64,000 bases of DNA, from the NCBI GenBank assembly GCA_937907455.1, contig CALESQ010000082.1, positions 10,898 to 74,897 on the forward strand. The letters are read 5' to 3'. The notes beneath the pieces are model-generated. The model ran no database searches. It saw only the letters and a list, made by a program, of their open reading frames with translations, and had not been told where the DNA came from. Shown piece after piece: positions 9,081 to 17,351 of the stretch (position 1 is the stretch's first letter; each line of letters begins with the position of its first letter). Origin of the DNA: an uncultured Caldilineales bacterium. Its GTDB lineage: Bacteria > Chloroflexota > Anaerolineae > JAAEKA01. The position numbers and the translations under genes are program-made.

Positions 9081-10625
9081 TCAGCGGTTGCGGCCATAGC
9101 GTTCGTGGCTGGATACCCAGTCGGATGAAGAAATCGCCGAGGCCAACGAAATTTCACCGGCCAACGCCACCGAAGCGACAATCTCGGCCAGCTTGTTCAC
9201 CGTGCCGCGGCCTGTGCAGCCCAGCAAGTCCAGACATTCGCGCTGGGTAGCCAGGCTGGTGCCGCCGCCGTGCGTAGCCACGATCAGCGAAGGAATGGTG
9301 AGCGCCATGTACAGATCAGCTTCCGGCGTCAGCTCGGCGTACAGGATGCCCGCCGACGACTCGGCTACGTTAGCCACATCCTGGCCGGTGGCGATGAACA
9401 TAGCGGTGATGCCGTTGGCCGAGTGTGCGCCGTTGTTGTTAGCTCCAGACAGGATTGCGCCGATATTGGCTATATTGAAATGATAGAAAAGCTGTTCCGG
9501 CTTGACGCGCATGTGTTGGATCAGCACATCGCGCTTGACCACGGCTTCGGCCACCACGCGCTTGCCGCGCGTGTGCATCACGTTCACCTGGCTGGCTTTC
9601 TTGTCGGTAGCCAGGTTCGATTCCAGATAGAAGTGGCGAATACCGGCATAGTTGTCCAGGATCCAGCTACAGGCTGCAAAAGTGGCGCGCCCCACCATGT
9701 TCTGCCCGGCCGCATCACCGGTAGTGAAGTTGAAACGCAAAAAGGCAAATTTGCTGGCCAGATAAGGGTCTATGTAAGACAGCCTGGCTACGCTGGAGGT
9801 AGCCTCGGCGTGATCACGAATTTCGGTCATGTTGGTGTTGACCCAACGCAGAAAATCGCGCGCGGCGCGGGCATCGTCAAACACAAACACCGGCGCGCGC
9901 TGCATGGCATCGCCGATTACCGTGGCCTCGACACCACCACTTAGGTTGAGCACTTTCATACCACGGTTATACGAGGCCACCAGTGTGCCCTCTGCCGTGG
10001 CCATGGGGATGATAAAATCGCCCTGGGCGTGTTCCCCGCGAATGGTGAGCGGCCCGGCAAAACCCAGCGGGATCTGGGCTACGCCGCTGAAGTTCTCGAC
10101 ATTGCCTGCGGTGATGTGTGCATCGAACGAGTAGTGGGGGATATGTTGCAGCTTGTTGCCGGTGAACTGCTCAACAAAATGCTGACGTTCTTTGATGATG
10201 GCTTCGCTGTAGTTGTCGGCGTTATCACGCGGGATCCTGATACTGTTGTCAACCTCGGTGTTCACCGCGCTGTCTACTTTCAGCGAAAGATTGCCGAAAC
10301 CTGCCGCGGTGAAGTTAATTTCCAGCTTGTGCATGCCCTCGGACAACGGCTTGATGCGGCAAATCACATCCATCATCTTGCGTAGGGGAAAATCCACTGG
10401 CTTTTCGGCCAAATCCTCCGGCTTGAGCTGTTCGCCAGTGTCCAGCAACACGGTGAGGGCCTCGCGCGGCACGGCTACGCCATCAAATTTCACGCTGTGC
10501 AAGGCCGTGACTTTGGTATCGCTCAGGCGGTTTTTGAGCGAAAAGCGCACACCGTCGGCAGTGTTGCGCAGGCTGTTGAATGTGTAGAGCTGCTTCAGCA
10601 CCATGCTGGGGATCGGCAAAGCCAT
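9081..10625 (-). CDS. hydroxymethylglutaryl-CoA reductase family protein with a ~130-aa N-terminal extension
   Basis: Class-I HMGR motifs: IPMATAEGTLVAS, TTGDAAGQNMV, ATGQD, THGGGT; GGAGG RBS 12 nt upstream of the ATG at complement 10625. Confidence 0.8.
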   Translation of the reverse strand: MALPIPSMVLKQLYTFNSLRNTADGVRFSLKNRLSDTKVTALHSVKFDGVAVPREALTVLLDTGEQLKPEDLAEKPVDFPLRKMMDVICRIKPLSEGMHKLEINFTAAGFGNLSLKVDSAVNTEVDNSIRIPRDNADNYSEAIIKERQHFVEQFTGNKLQHIPHYSFDAHITAGNVENFSGVAQIPLGFAGPLTIRGEHAQGDFIIPMATAEGTLVASYNRGMKVLNLSGGVEATVIGDAMQRAPVFVFDDARAARDFLRWVNTNMTEIRDHAEATSSVARLSYIDPYLASKFAFLRFNFTTGDAAGQNMVGRATFAACSWILDNYAGIRHFYLESNLATDKKASQVNVMHTRGKRVVAEAVVKRDVLIQHMRVKPEQLFYHFNIANIGAILSGANNNGAHSANGITAMFIATGQDVANVAESSAGILYAELTPEADLYMALTIPSLIVATHGGGTSLATQRECLDLLGCTGRGTVNKLAEIVASVALAGEISLASAISSSDWVSSHERYGRNR

Positions 10626-10731
10626 TGGGGGATACCTCCATGATATGTATGAATTTGTCGCGGGCAGACGTGGCGCAATTGTAACACAAAGCGGTCAGTT
10701 TGAGTAGTCAACTACAGAACTTGCAGCAATT

Positions 10732-11060
10732 TCAAATATGACTTTGACCCAACGCGATACGGATCAGTGATAGCCGGCACGATGGTGTCGGCTTGAGCGC
10801 CCCCTGGGCTTTCAGCCTGCGGGGTGCTGCGCAAAAACGCCCCAGCACGGGGTCATATTCGCAGCGCCATAGTTCCGTCTGGCGCACACCGCTCGAGTTG
10901 GTGGTGATAGCGGTGGAGGTCAGGTGGTCGTTGAGCAGGTAGAACGTGTTGCCGCCAGTGCGCATTGCGACGCGGACGGCTCCGGCGTAGTAGTCCCTTG
11001 GGGAGGCTACGCACTACTTGCGCACGGTCGTCCGGTTGTCGCGCTCGTAGTAGGCGTCGA
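10732..11060 (-). pseudogene. RHS/YD-repeat core fragment (remnant A), disrupted by a 23-nt insertion with an in-frame TAG and a 35-nt junction insertion; the toxin tip is almost entirely deleted
   Basis: Translation: ...YERDNRTTVRK*CVASPRDYYAG...FYLLNDHLTSTAITTNSSG...YDPVLGRF followed by the hairpin insertion at 10799-10833 and then a short ADTIVPAITDPY remnant. Confidence 0.6.
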
Positions 11061-11062
11061 CC

Positions 11063-11476
11063 TCACGAATTCTCTGCCAACCACCCCAGGAAAGCCGCCG
11101 GAGTGACGATGCGGATACCGTGATGCTCTCCCAAGTCCAAGAGGTGGTGGTCACCGGAAACGATCATCGATGCTCCGGCGACAAGGGCGCACTCAATAAA
11201 CATGTCGTCGTCCCGGTCGTTGTGAACCACATGCAAGTTGCCGGTGATCTCCACCTGCTGACCGAAGCGCCGAAAGTCGTAAACTGCGGCACGGACGTTG
11301 TCGGCCGAAAAACCGAACTTGTCGTAGAGTTTTTCGGAGAACTCGGCCAGCATCTCGCGGCAATAGACCACATCAACCAATCCCGCTCGGGCCGCCAGCC
11401 AGCACTTGTAGGCCGCGCCGCGCCAAAGCACGGCTGCGAGACGAACGTTGGTGTCAAAGACGACTTTGTCAGTCAC
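11063..11476 (-). CDS. PIN-domain toxin (TIGR00305-like) of a type II toxin-antitoxin pair
   Basis: 137 aa with acidic PIN residues (VFDTNV, HNDRDDDMFIE, VSGDHHL); overlaps the upstream small ORF by 8 nt. Confidence 0.7.
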   Translation of the reverse strand: MTDKVVFDTNVRLAAVLWRGAAYKCWLAARAGLVDVVYCREMLAEFSEKLYDKFGFSADNVRAAVYDFRRFGQQVEITGNLHVVHNDRDDDMFIECALVAGASMIVSGDHHLLDLGEHHGIRIVTPAAFLGWLAENS

Positions 11477-11723
11477 GGCGGTCTTCGTGTTTCAGCTCGT
11501 CGATGAGTTGCATACGTTCGTCTTCCGAAAGTGCATCCCAATCGAGACCTCGCTGCGCCGAGATGGCTCGCATGCGCTGATTTCCGTAGGCCACCAGGTT
11601 GTCCAGGTCTTCCAGGTCGGAGATGAGCGCCCGTAGCAACGCGTGTTTGCCGTTGGGCGTAAGTTGACGCGCCAAGCCGATCATTTGTGCCTCTGGTAGG
11701 GGGAGAAGAACCGTTGCTTCCAT
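11469..11723 (-). CDS. putative antitoxin partner of the PIN toxin
   Basis: 84-aa ORF immediately upstream and overlapping the PIN gene; typical TA gene order and size. Confidence 0.5.
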   Translation of the reverse strand: MEATVLLPLPEAQMIGLARQLTPNGKHALLRALISDLEDLDNLVAYGNQRMRAISAQRGLDWDALSEDERMQLIDELKHEDRRD

Positions 11724-11789
11724 GGAAAACGCCTCACACTGGGACCGGATGTCTATGCACTGATATCGCCAGGATAGATTTTACTATGG

Positions 11790-11930
11790 TTGGCGCTTGA
11801 TCGCAAACCGCATATCCATGACACTACTATCTGCCCGCCGCTGCTATTTGTGGTGATGGCGGTGGACGTCAGGCTTGTCTTGAGCATGGTCGAAAAATGG
11901 TCGTTGATTGGGTGCGCAGAGCGGATAGTG
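11790..11930 (-). pseudogene. short RHS core remnant B (...LKTSLTSTAITTNSSG...)
   Basis: Shares the DHL-STAITTNSSG segment with the other RHS core fragments; flanking sequence is unrelated. Confidence 0.35.
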
Positions 11931-12012
11931 CCGCCGATGTGTTGATGCAAAGAGATGCACATCAACACACCGGCGGAGTACTCATTAGGTTGGTAATTAT
12001 CGGCCTTCTGCC

Positions 12013-12366
12013 CTATCTTCCAGCAACGCGTCGCCTCCTGAGCCATTCCACGACAAGCCATGCAATCAGCAGGTTGACGACCAGCGTCAGAGACAACCAG
12101 GCGATGCGATCGTCATGCTCCGCCACCAGCAATACAAGGATCGAGTTGACAATGAGCAGAGATACAGCATAGAACTGAGCGCCAAAACTGCCTGGGTCGA
12201 CGGCAGGTGTCCCGGGGTAGCCAGAAATCCAAGCAAGCCAAGTGGGTATTGGCACCGCATCTGAAGTTGATCTCGAGTATCGCTGCCTTGGGAAGGCCAC
12301 CAGCCATATTACGCCGAATCCTATAAAACCCAATACCCAGTCAGTAATTGCTTCACTCATTGCCAA
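12013..12366 (-). CDS. small membrane protein; putative immunity protein for the adjacent RHS toxin tip
   Basis: 117 aa with three TM helices; immediately downstream of and overlapping the tip at 12357-13067, the position typical for RHS immunity genes. Confidence 0.45.
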   Translation of the reverse strand: MAMSEAITDWVLGFIGFGVIWLVAFPRQRYSRSTSDAVPIPTWLAWISGYPGTPAVDPGSFGAQFYAVSLLIVNSILVLLVAEHDDRIAWLSLTLVVNLLIAWLVVEWLRRRRVAGR

Positions 12367-13620
12367 CGCGCGCGCCTCCCCTGTTTTTCTCTGGTAGGTT
12401 TTGACGGCGCGGGAGTGGCAGCTCTGCCCTGTGAGCGAGATGGCTGCTGGATTCTATCGATCACGGCACTCGCTGGAGCATTTGATGCTATGCCTCCTGC
12501 GAACGACCGAACCACCGCTGGAAAGGCAACCGCTGCGTTTGTCAAGTCCTCGCTAACGATATTACGCGCCTCGTCAGCCCAGCGAGACAACCAAGGCGAG
12601 GCCCTATCCGGTGGCAAGGGATTGGCGCTCTTCAATGGCCCGATTATCCTCGCGGCCACGGATCCAAGTCCGACACTAACCATCAAATCAGCAGGATTGA
12701 CTTGCCGGCCATTCACTGCTTGACTTGCCAAGTATTGTGCGCCGCTCGCCACGGCGTTTGTTACCACAGCCCCCGCCACGGTGGTTGCGGTCAATGGAGC
12801 AAAGAACCCCACAGTAGCACTAACCATCGTTGCCACCCTTACATCCTTCCAATTGATCGTATCCCACCTTTCTTCCAGCGTTCCATCGCTACCAAGCATT
12901 TGACCGGCTAAGGACCCCACAAAACCGACTGTGCCAACGATCAAGCCAGACACTGCCATTGCAGCGATGGGTATGAAAAAATGGCCGCTGGGATCGCTAT
13001 ACTTGAGCGGGTTATTCAGCACATAGCTGTACCTGTTCAGCGCCTGCGGATTGCCCGGCTCCGGCACGATGGTGTCGGCTTGAGCGCCCCTGGGCTTTCA
13101 GCCTGCGGGATGCTGCGCAAAAACGTCCCAACTGCGCATTATACCAGCGCACGTTGTAAAAGCACAGCCCGATTGATGCCTTCGGCAGTCTTCCCACTGA
13201 CCTGTAAAGCGCCACGTGATGGGTGTCGTGCCGGTGCTGAAGCGCGTCTTGTTTTAGGGTTTGTACAGCACCTTGCCTAACAAGCTGCCATCAGTCCCGT
13301 TGGCCGTAACGTTGGTGCCGCCTAAGTGGTCACCGAGCAGGTAGCAGGTCTCCACGCCGCTACGCATCGCCACGCGCGCGCTACCGGCGTAGTAGTCCCT
13401 CCGGGAGGCTACGCACTACTTTCTGACCGTCGTGCCGTTGTCGCGCTCGTAAGTGTTGCCGATGTAGACGGTGGTCACCCCGCCCACCGTGGCCTTGACG
13501 CGCTTGCCGTCGCCGTCGTAGACATAGGTGGCGTTCACACCGCTGCCCGTGATGCTGGTCACGTGGTTCTCCACGTCGTAGGCCAGGGTCACGTCCTGGT
13601 TGCCGTTGATGCGCCAAGCT
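12357..13620 (-). pseudogene. orphan RHS C-terminal cassette C: core fragment (13068-13620, carrying both the 23-nt and 34-nt insertions) plus a toxin tip (12357-13067) with predicted membrane-spanning/glycine-rich segments
   Basis: Core: YD repeats (YVYDGDGKRV, TYERDNGT), RK*CVASRRDYYAGSARVAMR, RWYNAQLGRF then the 34-nt insertion at 13086-13119. Tip starts PEPGNPQALNRYSYVLNNPLKYSDPSGH. Confidence 0.6.
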
Positions 13621-13625
13621 CAATC

Positions 13626-13668
13626 ATGGGCCTCACAGACTCTCCGGTCTGCGAGGCCCATGATGCGT
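13626..13668. other. perfect 11-bp-stem palindrome (tcatgggcctc ... gaggcccatga) at the upstream boundary of cassette C
   Basis: Seen directly; it separates the cassette D immunity gene from the cassette C core fragment. Confidence 0.5.
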
Positions 13669-13691
13669 GCTTTCGCCAGTGGTTCAGCCAT

Positions 13692-14201
13692 TTACTCCTG
13701 GTCTTCATCCATGGACTGTTCGAGGGCGTCGATCAATCGGGATAGCCTGATCTCCAGCGCCTTATGCCCCGATGTGCCGGCCTCTGGCATGCCTGTGATT
13801 TCTGCCGCCGCCACACGCGTCTCGGCGATGGGATGTCGCGATCCATCATCGTCCTGGCTGTACTCCACGGTCCATGCGTGGCCGAACATGTCGATGCGGC
13901 CGAAGCACGGAACGGGCCAATCTTCACGATTGAAGGGACGATCAGTAAGAATCAACGGCCACTCGCCATAGATGATCCCCAGATCGCCGAACCATTCGAC
14001 AAGGATAGCTTGCGACGAGCTGAGATGATTGATATCTGTGGCCGTGGGTGGCAGCTTATAGTGAAATGGAAAGAAGTATCCTAGACCTCCTTTCGTCTTC
14101 AGACTACCACGAACGATAATGCCTGCAGCGTACCCGCCGCTCTGCAATGGTACAGCAAACCATTGTCCTTCACGATACCGGATCCGCTTGGTTCTTGTCA
14201 T
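13692..14201 (-). CDS. putative immunity protein for the GIY-YIG-like RHS tip (cytoplasmic, 169 aa)
   Basis: ORF immediately downstream of the tip at 14214-14936 in the same orientation; no TM segments and no detectable catalytic motifs. Confidence 0.4.
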   Translation of the reverse strand: MTRTKRIRYREGQWFAVPLQSGGYAAGIIVRGSLKTKGGLGYFFPFHYKLPPTATDINHLSSSQAILVEWFGDLGIIYGEWPLILTDRPFNREDWPVPCFGRIDMFGHAWTVEYSQDDDGSRHPIAETRVAAAEITGMPEAGTSGHKALEIRLSRLIDALEQSMDEDQE

Positions 14202-14213
14202 CGGAGACTCCTG

Positions 14214-14988
14214 CTACTGCATTCCGGCCCGCCGTGCTGCGTTGATATACTGGGCGCGTCGTGGATTGCGCGGACTGATAGGTTGGATCTTGTTCTGGGG
14301 GGGCTGATAGCGGTCATAGAGTATCTGTTCTGCGCCTCGTTGCACCTCGCGACTATTCGATTGAAACTCGGCATTGAATCGCAACTCGGGAAAACTGCGA
14401 CCGTGTTCAGCTTCTCGTCGAGCCAGGTTATTGGTGCGACCTGTATATTGCACGTTGCCATTGGCCGGATCTCGCAACGTGTAGACGCCTCCAGATGGAG
14501 TGTTGGCAGTCGCCGCGGCGGGTGTAGTCGGTGCGCGGTTGGCAGCCCTCGGCACATCACTCGCCCGGTTCGCCAGCTCGCCAGCATTCTCAGCCTGCCG
14601 GACCACCGCGGCGGCCTCATCGGCGTGGGTGGCGACCTCGATGATCTCATCAACGTGCGCTGCCGCCTTCGCCACATCATCGGCGTGCGCCAACCCGCGC
14701 ACCAACAGCCCGCCCCCGGTCGCTACCGGGATGATCAGCCCCGCGACATCGGCCGCCAACGAAAGACCACCGATCCACGTCAGGCCATTGGTCTTGATGT
14801 CGGAGATGTCATAGGCGATAAACGCAATGTCGAACGCGCTCTCGACCCAATGACCGCTTGGATCGGTATACTTGAGCAGATTACCGTTTACATAGCTATA
14901 CCTGTTCAGCGACTGCGGGTCGCCCGGTTCCGGCACGATGGTGTCGGCTTGAGCGCCCCTGGGCTTTCAGCCTGCGGGGTGCTGCGCA
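14214..14988 (-). pseudogene. orphan RHS C-terminal cassette D: only the junction (with the 34-nt insertion at 14955-14988) plus a tip carrying a GIY-YIG-like nuclease domain
   Basis: Tip begins PEPGDPQSLNRYSYVNGNLLKYTDPSGH. C-terminal GGVYTLRDPANGNVQYTGRTNNLARREAEHGR fits the GIY-(10-11)-YIG...R...E nuclease pattern. Only about 12 nt of RHS core are retained upstream of the insertion. Confidence 0.55.
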
Positions 14989-15015
14989 AAAACGTCCCAG
15001 CACGGATCGCTTCTC

Positions 15016-15639
15016 TTATTCGAAGTCAATGACTAGGGGCCGTCCATCCTTCGGCCATGCATGCGCCGGCTTGTCATCTGGAAAGACTTCGGCCAAGGTA
15101 CCAGGTTGTACTCGATTCAGAAGATTTAAACGAAAAGACGAATCGAGGCGGAGCGATGCTTGCCTGGGAGGAAAGAAGTAGTATTTCCATCCAGATGCGA
15201 CGATTCCCTGATCCTGCCAAAAAAGATCCACCCGGAGCCGAAAACTTTCCACATCCCGCCCATAGGTACCATAGTAGGAATCAGGTTGTCCCAAGCACGC
15301 TATCAGGTCACGCATGGTAGGACCTTTACCATTATAATCAATGTGCATGCCACTCAGTGTTGAATTCTTTAGATTTATCACATAGTTTGTCTTGCCGCTA
15401 CTCCATGAGATTTTTTGAAATGTTCGATCGACATGCAGACGATCTTCAGATACCTGGAGATATTGCGTAACCCAGGTTTGCATTTGATCCAACGAAACCG
15501 GTATGGTGAAGTAATCTTCCAGGCCAGTAGCAACCATTTCGCTACAATCACGTTGCGGAAGCCATCCGGTGCAGCTGGACAATAGAAAAACTATTAACAG
15601 AACAATATGTTTCGTTATGTGGTGGAATGAGGATTTCAT
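15016..15639 (-). CDS. lipoprotein; putative immunity protein for the HExxH toxin tip
   Basis: 207 aa with a lipobox (LLSSC); low GC (about 42%) versus 62% background; directly downstream of the tip gene with a 4-nt overlap. Confidence 0.5.
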   Translation of the reverse strand: MKSSFHHITKHIVLLIVFLLSSCTGWLPQRDCSEMVATGLEDYFTIPVSLDQMQTWVTQYLQVSEDRLHVDRTFQKISWSSGKTNYVINLKNSTLSGMHIDYNGKGPTMRDLIACLGQPDSYYGTYGRDVESFRLRVDLFWQDQGIVASGWKYYFFPPRQASLRLDSSFRLNLLNRVQPGTLAEVFPDDKPAHAWPKDGRPLVIDFE

Positions 15640-16820
15640 TGTAGGAATGCATTCATTATATTCATCTGGTAACGCAACTCTTGGCTCCAGTGCTCTCCCA
15701 GATGTTTCTGAATTTCAGTATTCTTATAGCCTGATACTCCCATAGTAACATCGTAAAAAACCCACACCGTCACCGCTTCGGCCCAGCGTTCCCAAGCGCG
15801 TACGCACCCTATACAGCTCTCGGCATAATCTGTCAGAGCAGTTCCGCTCCAGGCCATCGAGAACGGCTGGAGATGTGTTTGACCATAGCTTGTGGTACCT
15901 ACCCACATCCTGTTATGCCAATCAATGACGTGAGCCAGTTCATGGACTATGGTGGTTCGATTGTACAAATCATCGTTGACGAAAGGTATTTTTACATTTG
16001 AAGTGCCTGGAAGTAATGCGTTGGGACGCCCGAAAAACGATCCTTCCTTAATCGTTACTGGTCCGCCTAACAGCTTGCCAAGTTGCGCTAAACCGGCTTG
16101 TACAAGCCCTGATCCAAGTCTGCGTCCGAACTCAACCACACCTTGCCCCATGGCTGACATTTGTGCAGCATTCGACTGCCAATTCCATTGACCGGAAAAC
16201 GAGATGCCCGCTTCGGCTAACACTTCGTTAAGTATTCCTATATCGGCGAATGAGGCCAGGCCTGCTGCAGACCATCCGCTGCCGTTATCAAAGTACCCGT
16301 GCGCATTATACCAGCGATTCTTCCAGTACCATTCATTCTCCCAGCAGGCGTGGTCATCGCCAGCGCAGGCGGCATGGCCGCTGGGATCGCTATACTTGAG
16401 CGGGTTATTCAGCACATAGCTATACCTGTTCAGCGACTGCGGGTCGCCCGGCTCCGGCACGATGGTGTCGGCTTGAGCAAAACGTCCCAGCACGGGGTCG
16501 TAGAAGCGCGCGTTATAATACATCAACCCGCCGATGCCAGGGTCGCGCTGGCCGGTGAATGTATAGCTGGTCGGCAGTGCATTGCTGCCTCCGCTGCGCA
16601 GTGATCCCCACGGGTAGTAACGCTGTGCCGTGGAGGTGCTGGTCGCCGTGTTGTACGTGACATTGGTGCTGCCGAGATGGTCGGCAAACAAGTAGTGGAC
16701 CTGGTTCGCGCCGGTCGTGCCGTCCTGCACACGCATGGCAACGCGGCGGCCGGCGGCATGGTAGTAGCTGCGCCAGGTGTAGTTGGCCGGCAAGACGGCT
16801 ACGAGCGCCGGCTCCATCAT
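15636..16820 (-). CDS. orphan RHS C-terminal fragment with an intact core/tip junction and an HExxH metallopeptidase-like toxin domain
   Basis: ...YTWRSYYHAAGRRVAMR...YYLFADHLGSTNV...RFYDPVLGRFAQADTIVPEPGDPQSLNRYSYVLNNPLKYSDPSGH then a ~270-aa domain with HELAHVIDW. It has neither the 34-nt nor the 23-nt insertion. Only ~130 aa of core, so it is still an orphan without its own N-terminus. The tip region has lower GC. Confidence 0.6.
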   Translation of the reverse strand: MMEPALVAVLPANYTWRSYYHAAGRRVAMRVQDGTTGANQVHYLFADHLGSTNVTYNTATSTSTAQRYYPWGSLRSGGSNALPTSYTFTGQRDPGIGGLMYYNARFYDPVLGRFAQADTIVPEPGDPQSLNRYSYVLNNPLKYSDPSGHAACAGDDHACWENEWYWKNRWYNAHGYFDNGSGWSAAGLASFADIGILNEVLAEAGISFSGQWNWQSNAAQMSAMGQGVVEFGRRLGSGLVQAGLAQLGKLLGGPVTIKEGSFFGRPNALLPGTSNVKIPFVNDDLYNRTTIVHELAHVIDWHNRMWVGTTSYGQTHLQPFSMAWSGTALTDYAESCIGCVRAWERWAEAVTVWVFYDVTMGVSGYKNTEIQKHLGEHWSQELRYQMNIMNAFLQ

Positions 16821-16841
16821 AGATGGTCAATGTCATGGCGC

Positions 16842-17324
16842 TTACCCGCTCTTGCGGACCTGCCGACCCAGGTAACGAATCGCCACCCAAACAGCGAAAG
16901 TGATTATCACAATAGCCAGAGCGCTTCCATACGTCACACTCCGTTGATACGCTGGATCGCAGGCCAAGGACATGCGAGAGGCGCGCGCAGCGGATTGTGT
17001 TGAGATCAATACCGCGCATAACATGCGTTGAATCACCATGCTTCCGATCAAAGCTAACAAAGCTGTTAGCCATATAGCTAAATCCGCCAGGCAAGATGCA
17101 CCTCCCCATATCTGGTAGATCAAGATCGCTAGCAAACCACCGACAGTTAGGTAAAAAACTGTAAGTATCTGAAACGCTAGCGTTCCATTGGGATACAAAC
17201 CAATGACTGGAACAGATACGTTGATCACAGCCAGAATTACTGCCGCAGCAATTCCAAAACAGATGCTAAGGATAAATGCCCTGAACAACGCTGATCGGGC
17301 TGTCGGGTCGACGTCTAATCTCAT
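16842..17324 (-). CDS. four-TM membrane protein; putative immunity protein for the glycine-zipper tip
   Basis: 160 aa, hydrophobic, directly downstream of the tip at 17352-18140. Confidence 0.45.
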   Translation of the reverse strand: MRLDVDPTARSALFRAFILSICFGIAAAVILAVINVSVPVIGLYPNGTLAFQILTVFYLTVGGLLAILIYQIWGGASCLADLAIWLTALLALIGSMVIQRMLCAVLISTQSAARASRMSLACDPAYQRSVTYGSALAIVIITFAVWVAIRYLGRQVRKSG

Positions 17325-17351
17325 GAATGAGTCTCCTGAACCTTGACGACG

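Noticed and set aside
10985-13415. Possibility that the in-frame TAG in the RHS fragments signals stop-codon reassignment
   Set aside because: TAG terminates well-supported genes in the window (for example the acyl-CoA dehydrogenase at 56065), and the fragments carry other disruptions.
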